A stretch of DNA of 63,208 nt, the filler included, from Diploschistes diacapsis (Eukaryota), in assembly GCA_023645945.1 (NCBI GenBank). It is 17 parts of 17 records of this genome, joined end to end, with 100 filler letters (N's around TTAATTAATTAA, not from the genome) between each part and the next. Parts side by side here need not be neighbours in the genome. Positions count along the whole stretch, not along the records: positions 49,001 to 51,287 come from JALAIB010002279.1; positions 51,388 to 53,674 come from JALAIB010002280.1; positions 53,775 to 56,060 come from JALAIB010002281.1; positions 56,161 to 58,444 come from JALAIB010002282.1; positions 58,545 to 60,826 come from JALAIB010002283.1; 12 more parts are not named here. The stretch is one strand, 5' to 3'. A program made the translations under genes and the position numbers. This document shows, in pieces, positions 49,406 through 60,926 of the stretch. Numbering within the stretch: position 1 is the stretch's first letter; each line of letters starts with the position of its first letter. Under the pieces are notes generated by a model that was given only the letters and a program-made list of their open reading frames with translations, was not told the DNA's origin and searched no databases.

Positions 49406-49846
49406 TATTATGATCTTTATCTTTATAACTTAGACACGAGATATTAATGAAAGTAGATTTAGTCTTTAATAGAAAAGAAATATAAAAAAAAAAGAAATAA
49501 ATCGATAATAAATCTGTTCTAATTTCTAAAAAGATTATTATCTAATAATAAAAATAAACGAATATAAATTGATCTCGAGTAATCGTTAAAGATATTTATA
49601 AAGATAAACATACCCCGACTTATAAGAACCATAACGCGTTCTTATATAACCGACTGTTTCTTAACGGAATAGATTAATAGATGGGTAAAATTATCGTTCT
49701 CCCGTTCTATTTACAAAAAATATAATAACCTTTAAGGCTTTCTACTTATCACGTGACCAGTGTTACCGTGATTAGATTATATACAAGGAGTGGTTGGGTT
49801 AGGCCCGATCAGCTGTGAAGTGCCAAGTGGACTACCACCTAGTTAC
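49406..49846 (-). mobile_element. Gypsy LTR, inverted, lacking ~15 bp of its 5' end
   Basis: Left end tattatgatctttatc = reverse complement of gatagagatcataaca after RIP; 49750-49846 matches 80-175. Confidence 0.75.
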
Positions 49847-50307
49847 TGTTACGATCCAAGTACCAGACTTGGCACGTCCCAGCTTTGTTGTATATAAGTC
49901 AATCACGGGACCAGGGGTCACGTGATGCGCTCACTGCTCACGTTTATTCTCGTAAGCGGCGAGTAAGCTTTCGTTATCGTTCGATAATCGCGTTTATTCT
50001 TATAAGCGGCGAGCTTCGAAGGCACCGTTCGTTAAATTTATAATAAACGGCGAGCGAGCCGATTATATATAAACACGATTTTATTTTCGTAAAAGAAAAC
50101 GTATTTATTTTTATAAATATTTTTAATTATTACTCGGAATTAATCTATATTCGTTTATTTTTATTATTAAAAAACCCTTCTTTCCGAAGATAATCTAAAA
50201 CCTATAACTACTTTACCTTCTTCTCCTACTTATATTCCTCTTCTAAACGAGACCAAACCCACCTTGATTCTACTCGTGTATACCTTGTATAGATAGAGAT
50301 CATAACA
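49847..50307 (+). mobile_element. Complete gypsy LTR (461 bp)
   Basis: TGTTACGATC...GATCATAACA imperfect inverted termini; colinear with 45423-45877. Confidence 0.88.
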
Positions 50308-50671
50308 CCGCTAACGTTTTCTTATATAAGAACAGAATTTTCGCAGACAGAAATAGTTCTTCAAAAATTATTTCATCAATACACCTATCGTCTAGCAGAG
50401 ATCTAGCTACCGAATAGCCACTTATCTGCCTTATTGTCATACTGTAGTATTAGGCTTTACAATTTTTTAATCGAAATTAAGAACGTCGTTTGGACGGAAA
50501 AGAATTATAAGTTTAAAACCTTATTATCGTATCGATTATATAAAAAACATATAAATTATAAAATATATAAATAACGACGTTATAAATCTCGATATTTTAA
50601 TTAATAAACCCCGTCTTACTTAAAGAAAAGGAATTAGGATACTTAACGGGGGACTTTTAATTAAAAGAAAG

Positions 50672-51287
50672 TGTTTGGCAACGTAATGGATATATTGAAG
50701 TCTAGAGGTCTTATCAAGGAGGTTACCCTACTTTGCAGACTTTTATCCTCGTGGGATACGCTAAGCCCTACTACCTATATTATTCCTTATTCGGTTTAGT
50801 TGGAATTCTAGGAAGTTCAGCTGAACTGAACCTCGGAGTTTAACCGAACTGAACCTCCTTCTAAAATTTAGTTATATTTTTAGTTATATCTTTTGTTTAT
50901 TTGTTTAATACTCCCCTATAGGCGGAATTATTCGATATATCTATATACTTTAATTAAATATCTTTTAAACTAGATCGAGTCCTTTAATAAAAACGTCGTG
51001 TTTCGAGTAATTTAATAGTTTCGTAAGCTTATTAACAATTATTTTATCGATAGGGACATAAGACACTTTAATACGTTCTTACTTAATAAGATCTCGTACG
51101 TAATGATAAGTAATATCGACGTGTTTTGAACGGTCGTTAATTCTTACGTGTTTTATTAAATCTAGAGAACCAATATTATCGCCGAATAGATTGATAGTAT
51201 ATAGAAATAGTTTTATAAGATCAGAATAATTAATATCTCTTAAGAAGTGTAAATATCATAAGTTTAATTAACGGTATAAGATAAACC
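50672..51287 (-). mobile_element. Copia 3' end: RNase H, PPT, 3' LTR 50672-50910
   Basis: DRSKHVDITYHYVRDLIK, DVFIKGL, ATAGGGGAG immediately before the LTR. Confidence 0.85.
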
Positions 51288-51782
51288 NNNNNNNNNNNNN
51301 NNNNNNNNNNNNNNNNNNNNNNNNNNNNNNNTTAATTAATTAANNNNNNNNNNNNNNNNNNNNNNNNNNNNNNNNNNNNNNNNNNNNGTTTGCATGGGCT
51401 GGAGTTCTTGGGGGGAATGTGTGCTGACGATTCTTAGTGTTTCAAGCAGGGGAAGCCCGGCGACGAGGTGCTTGTTGTTGCTTATTCTTTGACGCCGGCT
51501 TTCGGATAGCAAGGCGACGGGAGCGGCACAAATTGAATTGCCCAGGCAGGTTTTACTGATAGTATCTTCAGAATGCGGAGGAAACAACGAGCAAGGAGTT
51601 GGTCGATGCGAATATGAATAGGTATTGATGCACTGGCGGATGCTCTATCTGTTACCAATACTAAACTAAAACCGACTCCTAAATTGAGAATACCTTCCAA
51701 CACATCATAAGTCATCAATGACAACAACAACAGGGGTATACGCAAGCAATGCAACAGAACATGACCACCAACAACCAAGAAA

Positions 51783-53053
51783 TCAAGCGCTATGGCCGAC
51801 CAAATCTGCAAATTCGGCAAGCTCCTGCTCCGGCATGGGATATGTATGCTGAGGCTCTGGATATACACGAGCTTTGACCTCATCTAAGTATGTATAAGCA
51901 CAAGCATTGAAGGCGGGGAGATGGTTGCTTACCTTTGTACGCTTGAATAGCCCTCAGACTCTCGCCCCAGACGTCACCATACTTCTTCACGAACTTCGGG
52001 AGAAACCTTCCGGGTGGAAAGTTTCCGGACATGTCGACCTGCACCAACACTTGACCGGAGCAGCTGTTACCAGCACCGATGCCGATAGTGGGGATGCTCA
52101 GCTTTTGGGTCACGATCGAAGCCACCTCGGCCGGCACAGCCTCGAGCACCACGCCGAAGGCTCCGGCTTCCTGGACGGCAAGAGCATCCTCGAGGACCTT
52201 GACGGCACTGGCGGTCGTCTTGCCCTGAACACGGAAGCCACCGAGTGCATTCTGGCGTTGGGGGGTCAGACCGACGTGGGCCAAGACAGGGATGCCGGCA
52301 CGAGTGATGCGCTCGATGGTCGGCACCATCTCCTTGCCGCCTTCGAGTTTGACGCTCTGCACTCGGCCTTCCTTGATCACTCTGATAGCGGACTCCAGGG
52401 CTTGCTCGGGTGCAACCTCGTACGAACCCATTGGGAGATCACCGACCTGCCTGATGAGCTTCCCTGATACACTATGCCAAGACATGGACACTTACGGTAA
52501 AGGCCGACTTGGTGGCACGCGAGACGCTCCTGCAATGAAGTAACATCTCGTCCATGAGTACCTCGCTTGTATCTTCCATGCCAAGAGCTACCATGGCTAG
52601 GCTGTCGCCCACGAGCACCATCTCCATGCCAGCGTGGTCGGCGACATGGGCACTGGGGAAGTCGTGAGCAGTGATCATGGTGATCGGCTCTCCTTTCTGA
52701 TAGAGCTTGCGGAGGGTCTCGATGGTCACCTTCTTCCTCGGACTTGCTAGCGAGCTGCCCAAGGGGGAGTGCGAACTTTGCCGGATCTGGTTCGGTGTCG
52801 CAATGCTGACGGCAGCGAAGGATGGGTGCTGAGCCAGTGTTGCTGACGTCGGTATCGACTTTGTCAAGCCATTGCGCGAGGCCACCGATCCTTTTTTTGG
52901 AAGCGCAAAGCTTGCATGAAGTCCCCTCGTGGGTTGGCGGCGACCGGCAAGCAGTTCAGTAGCTTCAAAACCACGTGCTGTGGCAGTCGTTCGCGATAAT
53001 GCACGTCGCGCAAGAGGCCTTGCAGCGGAATGAAGAGCGCAAGATGCAGCCAT
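51783..53053 (-). CDS. ECM31: 3-methyl-2-oxobutanoate hydroxymethyltransferase (PanB); introns 52447-52495 and 51884-51932
   Basis: MITAHDFPSA, LVGDSLAMV, GDLPMGSYE, VKLEGG, AHVGLTPQ, TIGIGAG, GQVLV, PKFVK; Arg/Ala-rich presequence; start codon inferred. Confidence 0.94.
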
Positions 53054-53774
53054 CGCACCGAAACGGGAACTTTTCGATGGCGTTTGATGGAAACCAGCTG
53101 AAGCACACAACAACCGGCCAACAAGTCTTTGACGAAGAAAAAGGACATTTTGGCAACTCTGGCTTGCGACCGCTCTTTTATGGAGTTTGCTGGTATAAGT
53201 CCTGCTGCGGAATATAGAGCACAGTGGAGGGTTTTCCCCAAGGCGGGTTTTGTAAGAAACGGTGTGTCCGTGTTGTTGGATGCCACCACCCCTTCCGACC
53301 GGCCGACCGAGGCAAGCTTGGCGGCCTGCCTAGAAGCCGCATTGGGTTTAACGCGGCTTTGAGCTACTGCAGGGGCAGCGAGATAAGGGGGTTTTCAGTG
53401 GAGGATTACCCGATGTGCTACCTGCAAGTTCCTGTTCAGCTGTTAGTTTAGCGGGTAGTCGTCTTCCGGTCAGGAGTATCAGTAAGCAAACCGACCTTTA
53501 TTACGCTAGCAATTGGTCAAGGCTGAAGGCTGTGTCTTCTCACTGCAACTACAGACCAGCTAGAGCTGAATTAGTCAAGCGCAGCCGATAAGCATAAAGT
53601 GCATAAAATATATAGAGTGCATAAAGTGCAGTGCATAAAGTGCATAAAGTTTTATGCTTGCCGTTGTAGTCATANNNNNNNNNNNNNNNNNNNNNNNNNN
53701 NNNNNNNNNNNNNNNNNNTTAATTAATTAANNNNNNNNNNNNNNNNNNNNNNNNNNNNNNNNNNNNNNNNNNNN

Positions 53775-54201
53775 ATTCCGGGGGGGGCGACGCTCGGTGA
53801 GTCGATAATGATGATGATGATGATGATGATGTTGTTGTTTTTGTAGCCGTATTTGTTCTTTGTGTATTTTGTGTGGGGGCGTATTTTGTGCCTGTGCTTT
53901 TTTCCTTGGCGCTGACGGTGATGGTGGGAATGTAGTGTTCGAAACGGAGCTCGTGTCCATCAACGGCGTGCCGGAGGAGCCGCGCGTGCTGGTGCAGGAC
54001 GCCGCGGCGGACAAGTCGGCGGAGGATGCGGTGAAGAAGGTGAACGAGGCAGTTGCGGACGGGGCCAAGGAGGAGGTGCAGCAGAAGGTGCAGGAGGAGG
54101 CGAAGAGTATGGAGGCGGCGAAAGCGGAGCCCGCGGAGCCGGAGGCCGGGCAGAATCCGCAGGAGGAGACGCAGAAGGAGAAGGGGAAGGATGAGCTGTG
54201 A
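53775..54201 (+). CDS. ER FKBP-type peptidyl-prolyl isomerase (Fpr2/FKBP22-like), 3' part; intron 53797-53935
   Basis: Spliced IPGGATL-VFETELVSI is the FKBP C-terminal strand; ends KDEL. Confidence 0.85.
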
Positions 54202-54421
54202 GTGAATTACAGACGGATAGTGCTGGAGTTGCTGGGTTTGGACTAGAGGTGGCAGTTGTGAACTTGTAGAGGTTAAGGTGTTGCGTTGAGCTCCACTTCG
54301 TCTAGTCTGAACGACGAAAAGTGATATTGAGCCATATAAGCGCTTTCTCCATGCTTTTCAGCTATGTAACCAAACGCCAATGCCAATGCTAGAACTATGG
54401 GTATCAACCTATCCATGCAGT

Positions 54422-55516
54422 CTAATCCATAGCCTCCAAATCCTTCTCTCCCATGGCGCCGGGATCCCCCTCGCTAATCAATATCCCCACAAGACAATCC
54501 CCCAACAGCCCATCCCAGTTGACCCAAGGATGGATCTCCTGAAACAGTCTCTCCGCCTCTCCCACTTTGCCAGCGCCCCTCATCAACTCGCCTACCCCTC
54601 CCGGATGAAACTTTTGATACGGCGTGAGATTGTATACCTTCCCCATGTAGGTGCCCCATGCATCACGCCCCCTGCGACCGTTATACTGGCGAATTTGCGA
54701 GGGCGTAATTTTGATGAGCCGTGGCGGTACTATCTCGCCGCGGAGGAAGGTAGGTGTAGGAGGATTCTTGATCAGATGGGCCCAGTCAAGCGGCGAGTGG
54801 CCCGGCTCTAGTTGAACTTTCTTTGAAGGGCGTGAGGATGGTGGGAGTGTTGATGTTGAGGGGGCAAGCCCAGCGCTTTGGGGGGCTCGGAGGTTGCGGA
54901 GAGGGCCGCCGCGAAGAGAGGATGCGGCAGATAGGGGAGGGTTGAGGGAGCCGTTGAGTTTGGGGAGGGGTTTGAGGGCTGATGGACGGACTGAGGGTGG
55001 GGGCATGAGGGTTGCGGAAGAGAGGGTGCTTGGCTTTCGAGAGGCGAAGGCTGGGGCTGATTGTAGGGAGAGAGAGTCGGGTTTCGGGAGGGGGATCTTG
55101 GAGTTTATTGGCGCCGGCGTTGCTTTTCTGACTTTGATCCCATGGGCTCCCTGTTTTGTATTCTTTGATGCGGTACCCTTTTCTACAGTCGAGAATTCGA
55201 GAGCGAGTTGAGGAATGCTGGCATTCTCCGGCTGCAATTGAGGCACTACTTTTGGGGTCGACTCCCCGGAGTTGTCCTCGAGCTGCATGATCTTCATACT
55301 CTCCGTGTGCAAACCGCTCTTTGGCACAATATTGTTACTGTCATAGTCCGACTCTTTCCTTTCCTTGCTCTGCGTTACGCCTTCTGAAGGCTTCAACGCG
55401 TTTGTTGCTTTTCCGATGGTATCGTATTTGGAAAACTTCCACCATGCCGCCGAAGAGACCTTATAAATAAGGAATGAAAGCGTCACGACAGTGATACTGA
55501 GCGCCACTAAGACCAT
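54422..55516 (-). CDS. Cytochrome b5-like heme-binding protein (Irc21-like) with N-terminal hydrophobic anchor
   Basis: LEPGHSPLDWA, GKVYNLTPYQKFHPGG, IHPWVN. Confidence 0.85.
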   Translation of the reverse strand: MVLVALSITVVTLSFLIYKVSSAAWWKFSKYDTIGKATNALKPSEGVTQSKERKESDYDSNNIVPKSGLHTESMKIMQLEDNSGESTPKVVPQLQPENASIPQLALEFSTVEKGTASKNTKQGAHGIKVRKATPAPINSKIPLPKPDSLSLQSAPAFASRKPSTLSSATLMPPPSVRPSALKPLPKLNGSLNPPLSAASSLRGGPLRNLRAPQSAGLAPSTSTLPPSSRPSKKVQLEPGHSPLDWAHLIKNPPTPTFLRGEIVPPRLIKITPSQIRQYNGRRGRDAWGTYMGKVYNLTPYQKFHPGGVGELMRGAGKVGEAERLFQEIHPWVNWDGLLGDCLVGILISEGDPGAMGEKDLEAMD

Positions 55517-55745
55517 AGTATGCGCTGTTTGACCGTTTTGTTTGGATGGTAGGTAGAAGTATAAACACAGGAAGCGTACCTAAAAATAAACCATCCAGGG
55601 ACGCATCAATAAAATGTCATACTGCAGGAAACCGTACAACCTGAGAGAAACACTTTTTTTCCCCAACTCGACCGCATTTGATATATCCTCCAGAATAACA
55701 AGCACCCGTTACCTACCTCTAAATCTCCAGCTTCACCATTCCAGC

Positions 55746-55957
55746 ATGGTCCCCCGCTCCCTCCACCGCACCGCGTTCGCCTCCCTGCAGCGCCGCTCTA
55801 CGCGCTCGATCGCCATCCAATCACACCCCCGTGCGCTCACTTCCCCATGCTCCTCCCAACAGCGCGCCTCACACTCACGGCAACGGGGCCCTCCGCACAG
55901 AACATACGCGACGTCCAAAAGCCTCGCGGACACCAAGATCGACCAGATACAAGAACA
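55746..55957 (+). CDS. First exon of a probable mitochondrial protein, truncated
   Basis: Arg/Ser-rich presequence MVPRSLHRTAFASLQRR..RTYAT, then ADTKIDQIQEQ followed by a GTACGC donor. Confidence 0.5.
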
Positions 55958-56160
55958 GTACGCGCGCCATCCTGCTTGCCCTGCCCTGCCCCACCCTGCC
56001 CCCTTCCCCAGCTCCCACGTCTCCATCTCCGTCTCCTTCTCCGTCTCCTCACAACCATCTNNNNNNNNNNNNNNNNNNNNNNNNNNNNNNNNNNNNNNNN
56101 NNNNTTAATTAATTAANNNNNNNNNNNNNNNNNNNNNNNNNNNNNNNNNNNNNNNNNNNN

Positions 56161-58170
56161 CCTTTATAATAAGCCATTATATTCTATATAGAATGTTTTA
56201 TTATTTCTAATATCTTAATATTAGTACGTTCGTGACTTATAAACGCGATCGTGTTCAGATATCCTTCGTAATTTAACAAATAACTTTCCTAATCGCAAGA
56301 ACGGGGGCTATTCTCGAAAGCAGCACTGCCGATATTAGAGATTTAAATCAAACCCCGATCTATCGGGACTATAAGCTTAAGCTCCTAAAACCCCTAAATG
56401 ACGAATTATTCCTCGTCCTCGAAGTTATTTTTATGTACGATAAAGATAAGCGAAAACGGTTTTAGTTTAAAACGTTTATATTATACGAAAATAGAATATA
56501 TTTAATTATATATTTTATTATTATGTTTTACTTTCTCGCGTTTATCGATAACGTTTTTCATCCGGTTTTAATAACATAAGATTTTTATTTTACGAAGATG
56601 CATAACTTTAAAACCCTCGACGATAAGATTAACATCGAATTTAAATTTAGAAAAGATATCCTTAATATTTCTATTTATAAAACATTCGAGAGAATTTTTA
56701 CCGGTATTTATACGTATCCGATTAAAACGATATCGGTGATATCTTATTACCGTATCATGAAACGTCTCGGGCAGTTATTTGACTTACTTTATCCTTTTAG
56801 GTTATATTGTTTTCGTCGAGAGGATGGAACTGAGCTTATAGGTTAGTGATTTATATCTTTATTAAGAACTTCCTTAACTTTTAAAGCTAGATCGCGGAAT
56901 TAATAATACTTAACGTAATTAGATTATAAGTTATAAGAAAGCGATAACGTTCTAAAAATGATATTTCTTATCCAGAATTATTATCGATACGCAAACAATA
57001 TTTTTAAGGTAAGAACCTATATCTAACCTTATTAAAGAGATAAGGAAAATGGCCTTGCGCTGCGACCTTAATTTTTCAAAAGGACTAACCGAGGCTTAGA
57101 AAAAGGAAGCCCATTTAACCGAGGATCTAGTCTAGATCTAAATTGAATGTAACGAATTAAGATGTTAATTCAAGTATAAGTATCAGTATATTAACCAAGT
57201 TCCGGAAGATTGTATAAAATTTAAAAAATATCGGGAATTAAATCAAAAAATTAAGATATTAAAACTGCGATATAAACGGAAAGCTTTTGACGGTGTATTT
57301 AACGACTTTCATTCTAATACCGATCTTAAATCTATGATTATATAATTTAAAGGCGAATTATTTATAATTATAATTAATTTATCTCCCGTACAGCATAATA
57401 TACCACAACGAAATAAATTAGTAAGAAGTTTTTTTAAGCTTATTAAAGACGACAATATTTGGAATCGGATTATTATAATTATGAGCGAGCTGTGTCTTTT
57501 TGTCGAAGAAAGGTTTCGTTAATCTATTTTTTTTATAATTAACTGTTTATTGGATGCCGCAATTTACGTTAATATACTCGTATTAGATACGACTTCTTAA
57601 ACTACGGAATTTCTATTACACGTAAACGTAATATCGAGACCCGCGATTAAATCGTAGTTACGCGATTCTATCCTTTTCTCGACTTATCACTCGATTTCTA
57701 TTAATATATTTATATTAAATATCTCGTTAATAGTAAAACTTCTTTTATATTAATATAAGCTTCTGAAAAAGCGTTTAATAAAATTTATCGAATTTATATT
57801 AAAACGCGTTACGAAATAATATTTATAAAATCCCGTAGATTCTTTAGCCCGACAACGAAAACCTATATTACAGAAATTTCCTCAAGGTTTACCGACTGAT
57901 CCGAAATTACGAGACCCTTGTCGCCGTCTGTATATCTATTTATTCTACGTCGAAAGTAGAGTCAAAAGTTATTTCATTTATACCTACGGTCTTCGACGGC
58001 ATTACCGCATAAAGTATTTTGCTTACTAGACAGGTTCCTTCTATTATTTTATTTTTAATTGTAACATGTTGATCCAGGATCCGGATCGTTTCGCTGGTTA
58101 TATAATTAATAATTATAGAACGGTCGTTAAAGTACGGGTATTAATCATAAATAGATCGACGAGGTAAGTT
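56161..58170 (+). pseudogene. DUF3435 tyrosine-recombinase gene (Starship captain-like), RIP-mutated
   Basis: KRDRVQI..ARTGAILES..YRDYKL..LVLEV..LAFIDNVF..LYCFRR, intron ~56841-56890, RN*IISY (reverts to RNWIMGH), C-terminal GLRRHYR zinc-finger-like segment. Confidence 0.75.
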
Positions 58171-58981
58171 AAACCCGGTCAATTTACTACCTTTACTTTC
58201 TAGATCCTTTTGTACAGGTTAATGTAGCTTAAGTTAACCTAACTTCGATTATTTTTATCTATATATCCTATAAATCCTTTGCTGCGATCAAACGTTTGTA
58301 ATAGAATCTTATATCTGTTTGTTTCGAAGCTCGGGATCTTTTTTTAATCGATTCTTAATTATCTAATATAAATCTTCGCGTTTAGGTTGTAAGCGTATAT
58401 TAATTGGAGATATTTTAAGACCGATTTCAGCTTCTGTTATAAATNNNNNNNNNNNNNNNNNNNNNNNNNNNNNNNNNNNNNNNNNNNNTTAATTAATTAA
58501 NNNNNNNNNNNNNNNNNNNNNNNNNNNNNNNNNNNNNNNNNNNNGTGGAGGGGAGGAGCAGTGATGAGATTACGCCGGTGCTGGTGGGGGAGGTGGAGAG
58601 GAGGTTTTGCTAGGGGGTGAAGAAGATGTTTGGGACGAAGGGGGACTTGGTCGTGCTAGGCAGCATCGCAGCAATGGCGGAAGCAATGGCGGAAGATTTC
58701 GATACATGAATTCAAATAGGGGCGAAAAACCTGGGGAGGCCCCTGTTCATGTAGCATTCGATATTCCATCACCCTTGGAGAAATATCGGGTTACACGTTA
58801 CGCTATATCAGCTTAGCCTATACTTCTGTACGGAACATAACATACAGCGCTCAATGCGCAAAGCGCTTAAACCGCAGCGCATAGACGCCACAGGATGCAC
58901 ATCATATATGTCCATCTATAACATACTCCACAACGCAAGAGTCTCAAGGACCAACAAAATCCCAAGAAATAGCGAACGCCT

Positions 58982-60274
58982 TCATAACCCACCAGCTTTC
59001 CCATTTCCCAATCCAAACCCCCTTTCCACATCTCCACCTTCGCTTCTTTCATAACCCGGTTCATCCACATAGGGCTCATCCTCATCATCCCCCCACTCAA
59101 AATCCACCTCCTCGCCCCCCTCCTCGCTCCTCCTTAACCTCTGCTCCTCTCCTCCAGCCACACCCTCCTCCTCACCTAGGTCATCCACAAAAGCGTCCGG
59201 ATGCTCCAGACCCATATTCCCACCCACACTGCCTCTGACCCTACCTCCGGCCCTCCTCCCTTGAGTCCCCATCTTAGTCCTTTCTTCAGCTTCCAACTGC
59301 CTGGCCCTCGCCTGTGTTCTTTGGTACACCCACGCCCCCGTCGCAACCCCCAGCACGCCTCCCAAGATGATACTCGCCCAATTGATTACCTTCGTGCCTG
59401 TATCCATATCCCCGGCCAGCGCCTTCAGCCTGGAGCCGATAAAGACGTGTATCAACAGCTTCGGTGTCGCTATCGCAGTCGCAAGAGCGAAGTTGAGAGG
59501 TGAGATAGTGTGGAAGGTGCTTAGCGCGCCGTTGCTGAGCGAGTAAGGAAGGGGGCAGAGGCGAATCATGATAAGAAGTTTGAGCCCGTCATTTTGGAGC
59601 ACGAGGCTAAGGGCGTTGAAGCGGGAGTCGGAGGCGATACAGCGCTGTGCCCAGGAGGAAAGGAGGTATCGGAAGAGGAGGAAGGAGAGGAGCGAGCCCA
59701 GGACATTGGCTGTGGCGACAATAGGCCAGCTGTATGGAGATGAGGATCGATAGCTAATGGAGAGGGAGAGGGGGGGGGAAATGAGGGAGAGAAAGGGAAA
59801 CCTTTACCCCATAGGAAAGCCATAAACAAAGCCTGCGATCGAGACGCAGGTCGAGTAACCAATTACAGGTGGGAAAGCGGTTAGAAACGTAAGCGTCCAG
59901 AGAATGGCCCACCCTCCCGGAAGCGCAGCCCATGCATCGGCCTTCGGGCGCAGCCAGTCGAGGATGGCATGGTTATAAACGAAGAAGAGGATTGCGAGGG
60001 TAAAGGCCGTAATATTGAAAGCAACAAATGCTGTCCTCTGAAAGGGAGACATCTTCTGCCAAAGACGTATGGCGCGTCGGTTCAGCTTGGTTGCCGTGTA
60101 GATGGCTCGCTGGATGTAGGTCTCGCTGCCGTAGAAGCTATCGCTGCGTGTGTGCTGGCTTAGGGAGGATTGCGTACGCTGCCATGAGGGTCTCGTTGGG
60201 GATGGGAGGGGAGAGCCGTCATTGTTGGGGGAATACGGCGGGGAAAGGGCAGTCGAGGTAAAGTCTGAGGGCAT
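58982..60274 (-). CDS. TVP38: Golgi membrane protein, DedA/VTT (SNARE_assoc) family; intron 59730-59807
   Basis: [45 protein letters not shown]. Confidence 0.9.
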
Positions 60275-60481
60275 TGGATATGGATGGCTCTGACGAGAGA
60301 CTCGAGATCGTTGGAGAAAGAGAGATTAGCAAATCATTGTTGACAGTTTGATCTGACCGAGAATGGGAACAACGAAGCTCCAGGTCGGATAGAAGTAGGA
60401 GATGGACGTTGCGGTTTCACTTTCCGCTTTGAGCTTTTAGTGGCTTAGAGTCCCGGGTTTTTGGGGTGTAGTTATTTTAAC

Positions 60482-60755
60482 TAGGCTAGCCGTTTCGTGC
60501 CACGGACACTGACACGGACACCGCAACAAAAATTTTCTCGGCACGGATACTGACACGGATACTATATTGTAATAAAAGCACGAACACGTATACCGTAACA
60601 AAAAAATTTTCGCCACGGATACTAATACGGATATTATATTATAATAAAAACACGGACACGGATATCGTAATTAAAAAATCTAAAATATTAATACTGATAC
60701 TGCGGTGTCCGTGTCACTGACACCGGCAGTGTCAGTGTCAGTAACGGCCAGCCTA
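60482..60755. mobile_element. hAT-like MITE, 274 bp, 13-bp TIR, 8-bp TSD
   Basis: TAGGCTAGCCGTT ... AACGGCCAGCCTA; flanks ATTTTAAC / ATTCTAAC; CACGGAC subterminal repeats. Confidence 0.88.
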
Positions 60756-60926
60756 ATTCTAACCGAAATAATTGCGGTCATTTATTTTAGCGTGCGGCGT
60801 AGGATATTAACATGACGGAATAGTCCNNNNNNNNNNNNNNNNNNNNNNNNNNNNNNNNNNNNNNNNNNNNTTAATTAATTAANNNNNNNNNNNNNNNNNN
60901 NNNNNNNNNNNNNNNNNNNNNNNNNN

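Noticed and set aside
2304..60926. Regularly spaced TTAATTAATTAA repeats resembling an array; ORFs ending in X...LIN
   Set aside because: Artificial contig linker; the ~2.4-kb period reflects size-sorted contigs.
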